Below the pieces are notes generated by a model that made no database searches, had not been told where the DNA came from, and was given only the letters and a program-made list of their open reading frames with translations. From Gemmatimonadota bacterium (GTDB lineage Bacteria; Gemmatimonadota; Gemmatimonadetes; Gemmatimonadales; GWC2-71-9), in assembly GCA_025358055.1 (NCBI GenBank), contig JANYKV010000063.1, forward strand, positions 11,569 through 75,568: 64,000 bases of DNA, in the 5' to 3' direction. The translations under genes were made by a program, and so were the position numbers. Shown one piece after another: positions 38,867-48,697 of this stretch (its first letter is position 1; every line of letters starts with the position of its first letter).

Positions 38867-39943
38867 ATGAAGATCGCCGCTTTGATGGTTCCCTTGCTGC
38901 TGTTGGCGCCTGCTCCGACACCGACGGACCCGCAACCGAGACCACACCGGGTCCCGGCTCCAAGAATTCTCGTCTTGTACGACATGGAGGGGATTTCGGG
39001 GATTAGCCGGCCGATCCAAGTGCTCTATCCCAGCAAAGAATACCAAGCAGCGCGCACGTTCCTGACCGGTGATGTGAACGCCGCGATCCGGGGGCTCAAG
39101 GCAGGTGGCGCGGGAGAGATTGTCGTGACGGACGCGCATGGAAGCGGCAATGGGGATGAACCCGATATGCTCATCGAGAAGATGGACAAACGGGCAACGT
39201 TTCTCTTCCGCGATAAGCCATATGACCCCTATACGGACGCCATGGATGCGAGTTACCAAGCCATTGTCTGCATCGGAATGCATGCCCGCGCGAATACGCC
39301 GGGATTCATGGCGCACACGGTGACCGTCGAGCCGGCCTACAAGGTGAATGGTACCATTCTCAACGAAACCACGATCGTGGCCATTTCGGCCGCCCGGTTC
39401 GGTGTCCCGGTCATCATGGTTTCGGGGGACAATATCTTGCGCGAGCAGATCAAGGAGCAATTCCCCAACGCGGAGTATGGAGTGGTGAAAACGGCGCGAG
39501 GCCGGGCCAACGCTGAGCTGCTCCCTGAGGCGACCGCGCAGGGAAATATCGAGAAGGCGGCCAAGGCGGCAGTCGCGAAAATGTCGTCGTTCAAGGCCTA
39601 TGTCATGGCCAAGCCATTTCATTTCGAAATCTCGTATTTGAACAAGATGCAGGCCGACCTCGCATCAACCGTCGGCGGCCTCCAGCGGGTGGACAGCCTG
39701 ACCCTCGGCTTCACCACTGAAGACTTCGTGTCCGGGTATGAGAAGAGCAAACCGATGACAGGGATGGCTCGGATGGAAGAACTCCGCCTGATGGTACAGG
39801 CGGTGCAAAGCCGGCCGGACGCGAAAGCCATCATGGGCGAGTTCAGGACCCTCTTGATCACGAATTGGCTCGAGCCGGAGAAGATGCCGAAGCCAAAGGC
39901 CCCCGCGGCCCAGACTAAGAAGCGCTATTACGGGGACAGTTAG
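38867..39943 (+). CDS. exported M55 family D-aminopeptidase (DppA-like)
   Basis: Start at MKIAALMVPLLLLAPAP. Colinear with Bacillus DppA motifs: LYDMEGISGI, VVTDAHGSGN, GMHARANTPGFMAHT, IMVSGDN. Confidence 0.75.
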   Translation: MKIAALMVPLLLLAPAPTPTDPQPRPHRVPAPRILVLYDMEGISGISRPIQVLYPSKEYQAARTFLTGDVNAAIRGLKAGGAGEIVVTDAHGSGNGDEPDMLIEKMDKRATFLFRDKPYDPYTDAMDASYQAIVCIGMHARANTPGFMAHTVTVEPAYKVNGTILNETTIVAISAARFGVPVIMVSGDNILREQIKEQFPNAEYGVVKTARGRANAELLPEATAQGNIEKAAKAAVAKMSSFKAYVMAKPFHFEISYLNKMQADLASTVGGLQRVDSLTLGFTTEDFVSGYEKSKPMTGMARMEELRLMVQAVQSRPDAKAIMGEFRTLLITNWLEPEKMPKPKAPAAQTKKRYYGDS

Positions 39944-39989
39944 CGCCAAGGGGCTGTGTCGGCAAACGGACTCGGCCCCGAACGATTGT

Positions 39990-40448
39990 TTACCGAACCG
40001 TTGCGGTGCACTCGATCTCAACCTTCGCCCCGCGCGCCAGCCCATTCGCACCCATGGCGCTGCGCGCGGGTTTGTGTTTCGGGAAAAAGGTGACATAGAC
40101 CGTATTCATAGTGGCCCACTCGCTCATATCGGCCAACATGACCAAGCATTTGACCACCTCATCCATGGAGGAGCCGTTCCGGTCCAGCACATTCTTGATA
40201 TTGGTGAGTACCTGCCGAGTTTCGGCCACTATGCCGCCTTTCACGGGGAACCCGGTGGAATCCCCGCCGATCTGCCCGCTGAGGTAGAGGATGTGGCCGA
40301 CCCGCACCGCATCTGAAAAGGGCAGAGTGGAACTCGAATCGCGCAGAAGATAGCGCACAGGCGGCATCGGGTCTTGGGCGTGAACTCGGCCGCCGAAGAG
40401 TGTCACTACCGATAACGCGCATAGAACCATTCGATTCGCGATACGCAT
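39990..40448 (-). CDS. RidA/YjgF family protein with N-terminal signal peptide
   Basis: Start at MRIANRMVLCALSVVTLFGGRVHA|QD. RidA core YLSGQIG...ETRQVLTNIKNVL...VKCLVMLADM...PARSAMGANGLARGAKVEIE. Confidence 0.8.
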   Translation of the reverse strand: MRIANRMVLCALSVVTLFGGRVHAQDPMPPVRYLLRDSSSTLPFSDAVRVGHILYLSGQIGGDSTGFPVKGGIVAETRQVLTNIKNVLDRNGSSMDEVVKCLVMLADMSEWATMNTVYVTFFPKHKPARSAMGANGLARGAKVEIECTATVR

Positions 40449-40506
40449 CCCGCACCTCACTGTTCGATTGTGAAGATCAGAACCCACACCTCATCGGCCA
40501 GCCGCC

Positions 40507-42552
40507 TTAATTCTCCGCCCTACGCCGGACCAAGGTAAGAATCGAATAGACCGCTACCGGCTCGAGGTTTTGATTGATCACTTCCACGTCCCATTCGACG
40601 ATCCCTTGGGGAATGCTCTCCGGGGGCGTGTCTTTGGCCGTCTTCTTCTTGCACGTGAACCGCACCTGGAGAGTATCGCCGATCCCGACCGGCTTCACGA
40701 ACCGCAGGTTCTCGAGGCCATAATTCGCGAGCACCGGGCCCACCGCCGGATGCACGAACAAGCCGGCGGCGGCCGATACGACGAAGTATCCGTGCGCTAC
40801 TCGTTTTTCGAAAAGCGACTCCTTGGCCGCAATCTCATCCACGTGCGCGTAGAAGTAATCCCCGCTGATATTAGCGAAGTTGACAATGTCGGCTTCGGTC
40901 ACGGTACGCCGGTGGGTGATGAGCGCGTCTCCCACCTCGAGCTCTTCGAAGTATTTGCGGAACGGATGGAGGGCGTCGATTTTCTGCTCGGCCCCTCTGC
41001 TCCATTCATTCGTGATCCGAGTGAGCGTGGTCGGCGAGCCCTGCAGCGCGGTCCGTTGCATGTAGTGGAAGACGCTCCGAATGCCACCCATTTCTTCGCC
41101 GCCTCCCGCCCGCCCGGGTCCGCCGTGTACTAGATGGGGCATTGGAGACCCGTGCCCCGTCGATTCCTTGGCGCTGAAACGGTTAACGACCATGATTCGG
41201 CCGTGCCAGGCGGCGGCTCCGAAAACGACATTTCGCCCAAATCGGTCATCGCCGGTGAAGACCGATCCGCAGAGACTCCCCTTCCCTAGCTTGATGAGCT
41301 CGATGGCGTCGTCGAGATTTTGGTATGGCATCACGGTGCTCACGGGGCCGAAGGCTTCAATGTTGTGCGGTTCGCTTTTCCGGAGCGGCTGGTCGCAATG
41401 AAGCAGCATCGGCGCGAAGAACGCCCCTTTCTCCCGATTGCCTCCCTTGATTTCGAATCCGTCGAGTTGTCCGAACACGGTTTCCGTGGCGTGACCGAGT
41501 TGCCCGACGCTGTTTCGAACTTCGGCTACCTGCCCCCGGCTCGCCAGGGGGCCCATCCGCACACCCTCGATCGTGGGGTCTCCAAGCGTCGATCCCGCCA
41601 GCCGCTTCTTGAGCGCCTCGACCACCGGCTCAACCAGCGCGGCGGGGACGAGCGCCCGCCGGATCGCGGTGCACCGCTGCCCCGCCTTCAGAGTCATTTC
41701 CCGAGCGACTTCCTTCACGAACAGGTCGAACTCCTCCGTTCCCGGTGCCGACTCGGGGCCCAGGAGGCAGAAATTCAACGAATCCGCCTCCATGTTGAAT
41801 CGAATGGAGTTGTCGATGATGACGGGCAGCGACTTGAGCTTGCGGCCGGTGGCCGCCGATCCGGTGAACGTGACGACGTCTTGGCAGGTGAGATGCTCGA
41901 GGAGGTCGCCGACACCGCCGCAGATGAGCTGCAATGCTCCCTCCGGCAAAATGCGCGATTCGATCATCATCCGCACCACACGTTCCGTGAGGTAAGAGGT
42001 CACCGTCGCGGGCTTCACGATCGCCGGCATGCCTGCCAAGAAGGTCGGTGCGAGTTTCTCGAGCATCCCCCAGCACGGAAAATTGAAAGCGTTGATGTGA
42101 ACCGCCGTGCCTTCCAGAGGCACCGCAATGTGGCGGCCGACGAAAGTGCCGCCTTTTGAGAGCGGCTCGACCCCGCCATCGATGTAGAACGGCTCGTTCG
42201 GAAGCTCTCGTCGTCCTTTGCTCGAGTAAACGAAAAACGTAGCGATTCCGCCGTCGATGTCGACCCAGGCGTCCGACTTCGTCGCTCCCGTCGCGGCAGA
42301 CACCCGGTACAGCTCATCCTTTCGTTCCGTCAGATACTTCGCGACCTCCTTGAGGAGCAGCGATCGCCGGTGGAACGTGAGCTTCCGAAGCGCCGGCCCG
42401 CCGGTGCGTCGCGCGTACTCCAACATTCCCTGAAAATCGACACCGTCGCTGTTCGATTCGGCAACCTTATCGCCAGTAACCGCATGAAACAATTCGGTGA
42501 CTTTGCCGCCCCCATCGACCCACTGTCCCTTGGCGTAACTCTTGAGCCTCAT
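40507..42552 (-). CDS. paaZ: bifunctional oxepin-CoA hydrolase / 3-oxo-5,6-dehydrosuberyl-CoA semialdehyde dehydrogenase
   Basis: 681 aa from MRLKSYAKGQW (ATG 42552, GGAGAG upstream). Long colinear identity with E. coli PaaZ as I recall it (HINAFNFPCWGMLEKLAP, ESTGHGSP.P.LVHGGPGRAGGGEE.GG, HPFRKYFEEL, C-terminal MaoC hot-dog). Confidence 0.9.
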   Translation of the reverse strand: MRLKSYAKGQWVDGGGKVTELFHAVTGDKVAESNSDGVDFQGMLEYARRTGGPALRKLTFHRRSLLLKEVAKYLTERKDELYRVSAATGATKSDAWVDIDGGIATFFVYSSKGRRELPNEPFYIDGGVEPLSKGGTFVGRHIAVPLEGTAVHINAFNFPCWGMLEKLAPTFLAGMPAIVKPATVTSYLTERVVRMMIESRILPEGALQLICGGVGDLLEHLTCQDVVTFTGSAATGRKLKSLPVIIDNSIRFNMEADSLNFCLLGPESAPGTEEFDLFVKEVAREMTLKAGQRCTAIRRALVPAALVEPVVEALKKRLAGSTLGDPTIEGVRMGPLASRGQVAEVRNSVGQLGHATETVFGQLDGFEIKGGNREKGAFFAPMLLHCDQPLRKSEPHNIEAFGPVSTVMPYQNLDDAIELIKLGKGSLCGSVFTGDDRFGRNVVFGAAAWHGRIMVVNRFSAKESTGHGSPMPHLVHGGPGRAGGGEEMGGIRSVFHYMQRTALQGSPTTLTRITNEWSRGAEQKIDALHPFRKYFEELEVGDALITHRRTVTEADIVNFANISGDYFYAHVDEIAAKESLFEKRVAHGYFVVSAAAGLFVHPAVGPVLANYGLENLRFVKPVGIGDTLQVRFTCKKKTAKDTPPESIPQGIVEWDVEVINQNLEPVAVYSILTLVRRRAEN

Positions 42553-42675
42553 GGGCCTACTCTCCGTCACTTCGCAGGTGGGCGGCGGTTTCCCGCCAGG
42601 TCTGATACATCGCCGGCCGAGTGGGTCGGTCGGCCGGGAGCTCGCGGAGCGGCTCAACCGGCCGCACCCGGGCCG

Positions 42676-42685
42676 AGGTATACAT
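42676..42685. promoter_or_regulatory. GTATAC-core palindrome-like site 3 (AGGTATACAT) in the paaJ-paaZ intergenic region
   Basis: Lies in the 266-bp non-coding gap between the paaJ stop and the paaZ start. Shares the GTATAC core with sites at 44105 and 54490. The flanks are weaker. Confidence 0.3.
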
Positions 42686-42818
42686 CCCGGCCGATGATGA
42701 CGTTTCCGGTGACCGCGGCCGTCGGGTGCACAAACGCCGACTCGTAGAAGCCAGGACGAACCCGCCAAAGCTACAGATCATCGCCACCCCATGGATGTCA
42801 CCCCAAGGAACCGGCGCA

Positions 42819-44033
42819 CTAGACGCGCTCCACGATGGCCGCCATCCCCTGTCCGACTCCGACGCACATGGTACAGAGGGCAAACCGTTCCTTCCGATGT
42901 TCCAATTCCCTCGTCGCGGTAAGGACCAAACGAGCGCCCGACATACCCAAGGGGTGGCCCAATGCGATCGCCCCTCCGTTCGGGTTCACCCGTGGGTCAT
43001 CGTCCGGAATACCGAGCTGGCGGAGACATGCGAGCACTTGGGCGGCAAAGGCTTCGTTGATTTCGATGACATCAATGTCCGAGAGCTTGAGTCCGGCCTT
43101 TCGGAGCACCGATCGAGTCGCCTCAACAGGCCCCAACCCCATGATCCTAGGCTCGACACCCGTTGCGGCCGAGGCGACCAGGCGGGCTTTCGGGGTCAAG
43201 CCGAACTCACTGGCACCGCGCTTTGATGCGAGCAACAGCGCGCACGCCCCGTCATTGAGGCCGGAGGAATTACCCGCGGTGACGCTGCCTTTCCCGTCCG
43301 TCCGGAAAGCCGGCTTGAGCCTCGCCAATGTTTCGATGCTCGTGTCAGGCCGAATGAATTCGTCCTGCTCGACGACGGTGGGTGGCTTCCCTTTCGCCCC
43401 CTCAATGGGGACCGCCGTGATCTCCTCTCCAAATCGCCCAGCCGTTCTTGCGGCCGTTGCTTTCTGTTGGGAACGTACCGCGAACGCGTCCTGGTCGGCT
43501 CGCGATATTCCAAAGTGCTCCGCGACGTTCTCCGCCGTTTGGCCCATCGAATCCACGCCGTATCGATCTTTCATTTTGGGATTCACAAACCGCCAGCCCA
43601 GACTGGTATCAAAGAACTCGACGTTCCGGGCGAACGCCTGGGCCGACTTCGATAGCACGAACGGCGCACGGGTCATCTGCTCCACTCCACCGGCCAGATA
43701 TACATCACCATCGCCGGCCTGGATGGCATGCGCCGCGTGCATCGTGGCCGCCAACCCCGAGGCGCACAGGCGGTTCACGGTCTCGCCCGGCACCGTCACC
43801 GGAAGCCCGGCGAGCAGAAGTGCCATACGGGCCACATTGCGGTTGTCCTCTCCCGCCTGGTTGGCACAGCCGAGGATGACATCAGTGATGCGACTTGGGT
43901 CGAGGGCGGAGGATCGCTCCAGGAGACGGGCAATCACAAAGCCCGCGAGGTCATCGGCACGTACTGAAGAGAGTGCCCCGCCGATATTGCCGATTGGCGT
44001 GCGTACGCCATCGATCAAGAATGCGTCTGTCAT
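42819..44033 (-). CDS. paaJ: 3-oxoadipyl-CoA / 3-oxo-5,6-dehydrosuberyl-CoA thiolase
   Basis: 404 aa. [40 protein letters not shown] (active-site Cys), and C-terminal CVGVGQG. Very PaaJ/PcaF-like. Confidence 0.9.
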   Translation of the reverse strand: MTDAFLIDGVRTPIGNIGGALSSVRADDLAGFVIARLLERSSALDPSRITDVILGCANQAGEDNRNVARMALLLAGLPVTVPGETVNRLCASGLAATMHAAHAIQAGDGDVYLAGGVEQMTRAPFVLSKSAQAFARNVEFFDTSLGWRFVNPKMKDRYGVDSMGQTAENVAEHFGISRADQDAFAVRSQQKATAARTAGRFGEEITAVPIEGAKGKPPTVVEQDEFIRPDTSIETLARLKPAFRTDGKGSVTAGNSSGLNDGACALLLASKRGASEFGLTPKARLVASAATGVEPRIMGLGPVEATRSVLRKAGLKLSDIDVIEINEAFAAQVLACLRQLGIPDDDPRVNPNGGAIALGHPLGMSGARLVLTATRELEHRKERFALCTMCVGVGQGMAAIVERV

Positions 44034-44104
44034 GGCGCTAAGTTACCTTATTCTCGGGTCCTGTCACGGAGTTGGCTCGCGCGGTTCGCCAACCAGCCCC
44101 CTGT

Positions 44105-44114
44105 TTGTATACAA
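44105..44114. promoter_or_regulatory. perfect 10-bp palindrome TTGTATACAA (site 1) in the divergent paaJ/paaG promoter region
   Basis: 72 bp from the paaJ ATG and 50 bp from the paaG ATG. Overlaps a -10-like TACAAT (44110-44115). 9/10 identical to the site at 54490-54499. Confidence 0.45.
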
Positions 44115-44163
44115 TTTATCGTCGCCCCGCAACCGAGCCAACGTCGCACGCCGAGGCATCTTC

Positions 44164-44940
44164 ATGGCGTACCAACACTTGCTGTACCAATTCGCTGGAG
44201 GGGTGGCGACGATCACCCTCAATCGTCCCGAGGTTCTGAACAGTTTCAACGAGGTCATGAATCTCGAGCTCCGAAACGCCATCGAGCAGGCGGCCGATCC
44301 CTCCGTGCGGGCCGTGTTGCTCACCGGCAGCGGCCGGGGCTTTTCCGCGGGCCAGGATCTCGCGGAAGCGACGGCGCAGCCGCAGAACATCGCCGAGTTG
44401 GTCCGACGAAAATGGACGCCCTTGGCGTTGGGAATCCGCAACCTCGAAAAACCGGTCGTGTGCGCCGTCAACGGTGTCGCGGCCGGAGCGGGCGCCAACC
44501 TCGCCCTGTGCTGCGACATAGTGCTCGCGGCCGAATCCGCGTCCTTCATTCAGTCGTTCGCCAAGATCGGTCTCATCCCGGACACCGGCGGCACGTTTGC
44601 GCTTCCCCGGCTGGTCGGTTTGGCGCGCGCAACTGCCCTCATGATGTTGGCCGAGAAGGTTAGCGCGGCCCAGGCCGTTGCGATGGGCCTGATCTACAAG
44701 AGCTACCCTGACATGGAGCTCTTGAAGGCGGCCCACGAGCTGGCCTCTTACCTCGCCACCCAGCCAACGCGCGGGCTCTGGCTCACCAAGCAAGCCCTCA
44801 ACCGAGCCATGACCAACGATCTCGCTGACCAACTTGAAGTGGAAGCTATGCTCCAACAAGAAGCGAGCGCATCGGCGGATTTTGCTGAAGGTGTGGCGGC
44901 CTTCCTCGCCAAACGGAAGCCCACCTTCACCGGCAATTGA
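44164..44940 (+). CDS. paaG: 2-(1,2-epoxy-1,2-dihydrophenyl)acetyl-CoA isomerase (crotonase fold)
   Basis: 258 aa. Colinear with E. coli PaaG as I recall it (TLNRPE.LNSFN, LLTG.GRGF.AGQDL, KP.VCAVNGVAAGAGA.LAL, GLIPD.GGT, FLAKR.P.FTG). The 5' 443 codons of ORF-track entry 42835..44940 are antisense to paaJ and were discarded. Confidence 0.9.
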   Translation: MAYQHLLYQFAGGVATITLNRPEVLNSFNEVMNLELRNAIEQAADPSVRAVLLTGSGRGFSAGQDLAEATAQPQNIAELVRRKWTPLALGIRNLEKPVVCAVNGVAAGAGANLALCCDIVLAAESASFIQSFAKIGLIPDTGGTFALPRLVGLARATALMMLAEKVSAAQAVAMGLIYKSYPDMELLKAAHELASYLATQPTRGLWLTKQALNRAMTNDLADQLEVEAMLQQEASASADFAEGVAAFLAKRKPTFTGN

Positions 44941-44942
44941 CC

Positions 44943-46145
44943 ATGACGAGCGTGGGGGGGGCGTCCGCAACGACCATCGGGATTCTCGGGGCGGGGGCGA
45001 TGGGCGCCGGCATCGCGCAAGTGGCCGTGACCCATGGTCATCCCGTAATTCTGGTCGATACCAGCCCCGCCGTCGTCGCAAATGCCCGAAGCGGCATTTC
45101 GAAAGCTCTGGATCGCGAAGTGGAAAAAGGCCGGACCACGGCCGAGGCTCGGACCTCGAGCCTTGAGCGTCTCACGGCGGTTGCTGTGCCCGCCGGAGCC
45201 GATCTCCTCGCCCTGGCTTCCGCGGGCCTCGTCATTGAAGCCATCATCGAAGATCTCCGCGCAAAACGTGACGTTTTCCTGCGGCTGGAAGCCGTCCTCC
45301 CTGAGTCGACGGTGCTCGCCAGCAACACCTCATCGCTATCGATCACCGCGATTGCAAGCGGGTGCCGGCGTCCCGAACGGGTGGTGGGCATCCATTTCTT
45401 CAATCCAGTGCCGCTCATGCCCCTCGTCGAGATCGTGCCGGGGCTGGCCACCGAGGCCTCGGTGACCACCGCGGCGCGATCGTTAGTCGACGGTTGGCAG
45501 AAGACTACAGTCCTCGCGAAGGACACGCCCGGATTCATCGTGAACCGTCTGGCGCGACCATTCTACGGCGAATCACTCCGGATATACGAAGAAGGCGTGG
45601 CGGACCAAGCGACGATCGACTGGGCCATGCGCGAGATTGGTAGATTTCGGATGGGTCCGTTCGAACTCATGGACTTGATCGGGAACGACATCAATTTCGC
45701 CGTCACCCAGTCAGTCTTCGAGGCCTTTTTCTACGACCCGAGGTACCGGCCGTCGTTGACCCAAAAGCGGCACGTCGAAGCCGGCCTGCTCGGCCGAAAG
45801 TCAGGCCAAGGATACTACGACTATCGCGCCGGTGCGGTTCGGCCCGAACCGACCAAGAATTCAGAGCTGGGGCAGCGAATCGTCGACCGTGTGGTGGCGA
45901 TGTTGATCAATGAGGCTGCCGAGGCACTGTTCATGGGGCTAGCGACGGCCGAGGATTTGGATCTGGCCATGACTCAAGGGGTGAACTATCCGAAAGGCCT
46001 GCTGCGCTGGGCCGACGAAATCGGGGTGTCGACCGTCCACCGCCGCCTGCAAGCGCTCCAGGAGGAATACGGGGAGGACCGGTATCGGCCGAGTCCGCTC
46101 CTCCGCCGCATGAGCCAGGAAGGACGCCGGTTCTATCATGCCTGA
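44943..46145 (+). CDS. paaH: 3-hydroxyacyl-CoA (3-hydroxyadipyl-CoA) dehydrogenase
   Basis: Rossmann motif IGILGAGAMGAGIAQV and the HFFNP motif. ATG at 44943; a TTG at 44937 overlapping the paaG stop is an alternative start. Confidence 0.8.
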   Translation: MTSVGGASATTIGILGAGAMGAGIAQVAVTHGHPVILVDTSPAVVANARSGISKALDREVEKGRTTAEARTSSLERLTAVAVPAGADLLALASAGLVIEAIIEDLRAKRDVFLRLEAVLPESTVLASNTSSLSITAIASGCRRPERVVGIHFFNPVPLMPLVEIVPGLATEASVTTAARSLVDGWQKTTVLAKDTPGFIVNRLARPFYGESLRIYEEGVADQATIDWAMREIGRFRMGPFELMDLIGNDINFAVTQSVFEAFFYDPRYRPSLTQKRHVEAGLLGRKSGQGYYDYRAGAVRPEPTKNSELGQRIVDRVVAMLINEAAEALFMGLATAEDLDLAMTQGVNYPKGLLRWADEIGVSTVHRRLQALQEEYGEDRYRPSPLLRRMSQEGRRFYHA

Positions 46146-46584
46146 ACCGGCGCACGTGCTCGCTCAGGCAATCGTGCAAGGGATGCTCGACCGCGACGCC
46201 TTCAGCGCCTGGCTCGGCGTGCAGGTGATCGAGGTCAAGCCGCAGCGCGTCGCGATCCGAATGACCGTCCGGAACGACATGCTCAACGGGTTCGGGGTTT
46301 GTCACGGTGGCGTGACATTCGCCTTCGCGGACAGCGCGCTTGCTTTCGCTTCGAACACGCACGGAAAACTCACGGTCAGTATCGAAAACAGCATTCGGTA
46401 TCCTGCGCCGGCTCACAGCGGAGATCAACTCACCGCGATTGCCGAACCCGAGCACGTCGGCAACCGCATCGGCTACTATCGGGCGACAATCACGAACCAG
46501 TCTGGAGCCGTTGTGGGATTGTTTCGCGGGACCGTATACTCGACCAGCAAAAGCCACGATCTCGACGGTGGGAAAACAGCGTGA
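46138..46584 (+). CDS. paaI: hydroxyphenylacetyl-CoA thioesterase (hot-dog fold)
   Basis: 148 aa with an 8-bp overlap with paaH. MLNG.G.CHGGVTFAFADSALAFA motif, as in PaaI. Confidence 0.85.
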   Translation: MPEPAHVLAQAIVQGMLDRDAFSAWLGVQVIEVKPQRVAIRMTVRNDMLNGFGVCHGGVTFAFADSALAFASNTHGKLTVSIENSIRYPAPAHSGDQLTAIAEPEHVGNRIGYYRATITNQSGAVVGLFRGTVYSTSKSHDLDGGKTA

Positions 46585-46605
46585 CATTCAGGATGGGTAG
46601 CGCGC

Positions 46606-48669
46606 ATGACGCAGATTGATTGGAAGCGGGTGGCCTATCTCACTCTGGTCTCCCGGGCGATTGACGACACCGAGGAACACCGACTCGTTCCCGAGAAGAA
46701 GGTTGCATATCAGTTCAGTGCGCGGGGACACGAGGTGGCTCAGATCATTCTGGGTCAGTTCCTCACCGACCCTCACGATGCCGTGGGTGCCTACTATCGG
46801 TCTCGGCCGCTGCTTCTCACGTTGGGTCTGACGATCGAAGACGCCTTCGCCGGTCCAATGGGCCGGTCCGGAGGATTTAGTGATGGCCGCGACATCGGCG
46901 TCGTCTGCAATTTGCCCAACGAGCGCGGCGGCGTGGTCGTGCTCCCGATGTCCGGTGACGTCGGCTCCCAATACACCCCAACGGCCGGATGGGCCCAGGC
47001 CATTCTTTATCGCCATGAGGTGCTGAAGGACCCGTCCTACTCCCGGTCGTTGGCCGTGGTGCTGGGCGGCGAGGCGTCCGTCGCCACGAATGGATTCTGG
47101 GCTTCGCTGACAATGGCAACCACCCTCTCATTGCCCTTACTCTTTTACATCGAGGACAACGGCTACGGCATTTCCGTACCCTCGTCGTTCCAGACCCCCG
47201 GCGCCAATATCGCCGACAACCTGGCCTCCTTTAAGAACCTTTTCATTCGAGACGGGGACGGAACGAACCCAGCCGAAGCCGCGAGGCTCTTTGAAGAGAC
47301 CATCGGTCACGTCCGCGACCGGAAAGGACCCGCGTTGCTCCGGCTCACCGTACCCCGGCTGAGCGGGCATTCGGGACAGGATACTCAAGCCTACAAACCC
47401 AAAGACTTCATCGAACGCGAAATGGCCCAGGACCCGCTGGGAAAACTGAAGGCATTTCTGCTTGGACATCTCACCGAAGTCGAATGGAACACTATCGAGG
47501 CTCAGGTGAATTCCGACGTCGCACGCGGACTCGAGTCGGCCGTCAATCGCCCCGAACCAGATCGAACGATGATCACTCGGCACCGGCGGACCGAGCGCAA
47601 TCCGGACGGCAGCGCGGAGCTCCAGCGACGTGGGGGTCTACTTCCGGAAGGCCACACCTTCGCGACGGGCACTCCGGTACCGGCGCCCCAAGGGCCGCGG
47701 ATTAATCTACTCACCGCGGTCCGCCGCACTTTGGAGAGCGAGCTCCGATCCAATCCAAAGATGTTGGTATTTGGCGAAGATGTCGGACCGAAGGGCGGGG
47801 TTCACGCTGCCACCCTTGGACTACAAGACGAGTTCGGTACCGCCCGCGTATTCGATACGAGCCTGTCCGAGGAAGGCATCATCGGTCGGGCCGTTGGCAT
47901 GGCGATCGCCGGACTTCTGCCGGTTCCCGAAATCCAGTTCCGGAAGTACGCCGACCCCGCCACGGAGCAGCTCAACAACTGTGGTACGATCCGATGGCGA
48001 ACCAAGAACCGCTTCGCGGCACCGATCGTCGTGCGTTTGCCGGGTGGGTATGCGCCCAAGTGCGGCGACCCATGGCACAGCGTCAACGGCGAAGTAACGT
48101 GGGCCCACGCGGTGGGGTGGCAGGTGTGTTATCCGAGCAACGCGGAGGATGCCGTGGGGCTGTTACGCGCGGCGCTCCGAAGCAACGATCCCACCATCTT
48201 TTTCGAACACCGCGCCCTTCTGGACGGGACGTGGGCGCGGCGTCCTTACCCCGGCGATGACTTCGTGCTGCCCTTGGGACAAGCGAAGATCGTCCAAACC
48301 GGAGAAACGATCACTCTGGTGACATGGGGCGCGATGGTCGAACGGTGCGAAGCGGCAGCAACGAAAACGGAGATTTCCGCGGAGATCGTTGACCTTCGAA
48401 CCATCGCTCCCTGGGATCGAGAAACCGTTTTGCAATCCGTCCGCAAAACTCGACGGTGTTTGATCGTGCACGAAGACACCCTCACGGCTGGTTTTGGCGC
48501 TGAGGTGGCCGCCGTAGTCGCCGAGGAGGCATTCTTCAATCTCGACGCCCCGATCCGCCGACTCGCCATCCCGGATGTCCCGACGCCATACAATGTGGAT
48601 TTGATGAACGCCGTGTTGCCCTCCGTGGACGGCATCGGGCAGTGCATGGTTGAACTGGTTGAGATGTAG
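46606..48669 (+). CDS. 2-oxoacid dehydrogenase E1 component, fused alpha and beta subunits (TPP-dependent)
   Basis: 687 aa. The N-terminal half is E1-alpha-like (YIEDNGYGIS, GHSGQD). A linker of about 45 aa follows. The C-terminal half is E1-beta-like (VFGEDVG.KGGV, DTSLSEEGIIG, VDLRTIAPWD). Confidence 0.85.
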   Translation: MTQIDWKRVAYLTLVSRAIDDTEEHRLVPEKKVAYQFSARGHEVAQIILGQFLTDPHDAVGAYYRSRPLLLTLGLTIEDAFAGPMGRSGGFSDGRDIGVVCNLPNERGGVVVLPMSGDVGSQYTPTAGWAQAILYRHEVLKDPSYSRSLAVVLGGEASVATNGFWASLTMATTLSLPLLFYIEDNGYGISVPSSFQTPGANIADNLASFKNLFIRDGDGTNPAEAARLFEETIGHVRDRKGPALLRLTVPRLSGHSGQDTQAYKPKDFIEREMAQDPLGKLKAFLLGHLTEVEWNTIEAQVNSDVARGLESAVNRPEPDRTMITRHRRTERNPDGSAELQRRGGLLPEGHTFATGTPVPAPQGPRINLLTAVRRTLESELRSNPKMLVFGEDVGPKGGVHAATLGLQDEFGTARVFDTSLSEEGIIGRAVGMAIAGLLPVPEIQFRKYADPATEQLNNCGTIRWRTKNRFAAPIVVRLPGGYAPKCGDPWHSVNGEVTWAHAVGWQVCYPSNAEDAVGLLRAALRSNDPTIFFEHRALLDGTWARRPYPGDDFVLPLGQAKIVQTGETITLVTWGAMVERCEAAATKTEISAEIVDLRTIAPWDRETVLQSVRKTRRCLIVHEDTLTAGFGAEVAAVVAEEAFFNLDAPIRRLAIPDVPTPYNVDLMNAVLPSVDGIGQCMVELVEM

Positions 48670-48697
48670 GCCGATCCAGAGAATCTCGAGGAGACGC

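Noticed and set aside
44110-44115. TACAAT as a stand-alone -10 element for paaG
   Set aside because: No acceptable -35 or extended -10 lies at the proper spacing, so it is kept only as a remark within the palindrome feature.
42835-44163. 5' two-thirds of the 701-aa plus-strand ORF (42835..44940)
   Set aside because: It is exactly antisense to the well-supported paaJ thiolase and has Ser/Arg/Pro/Ala-rich junk composition. Only the last 258 codons (paaG, from ATG 44164) look like a real protein. This is a typical high-GC shadow ORF.
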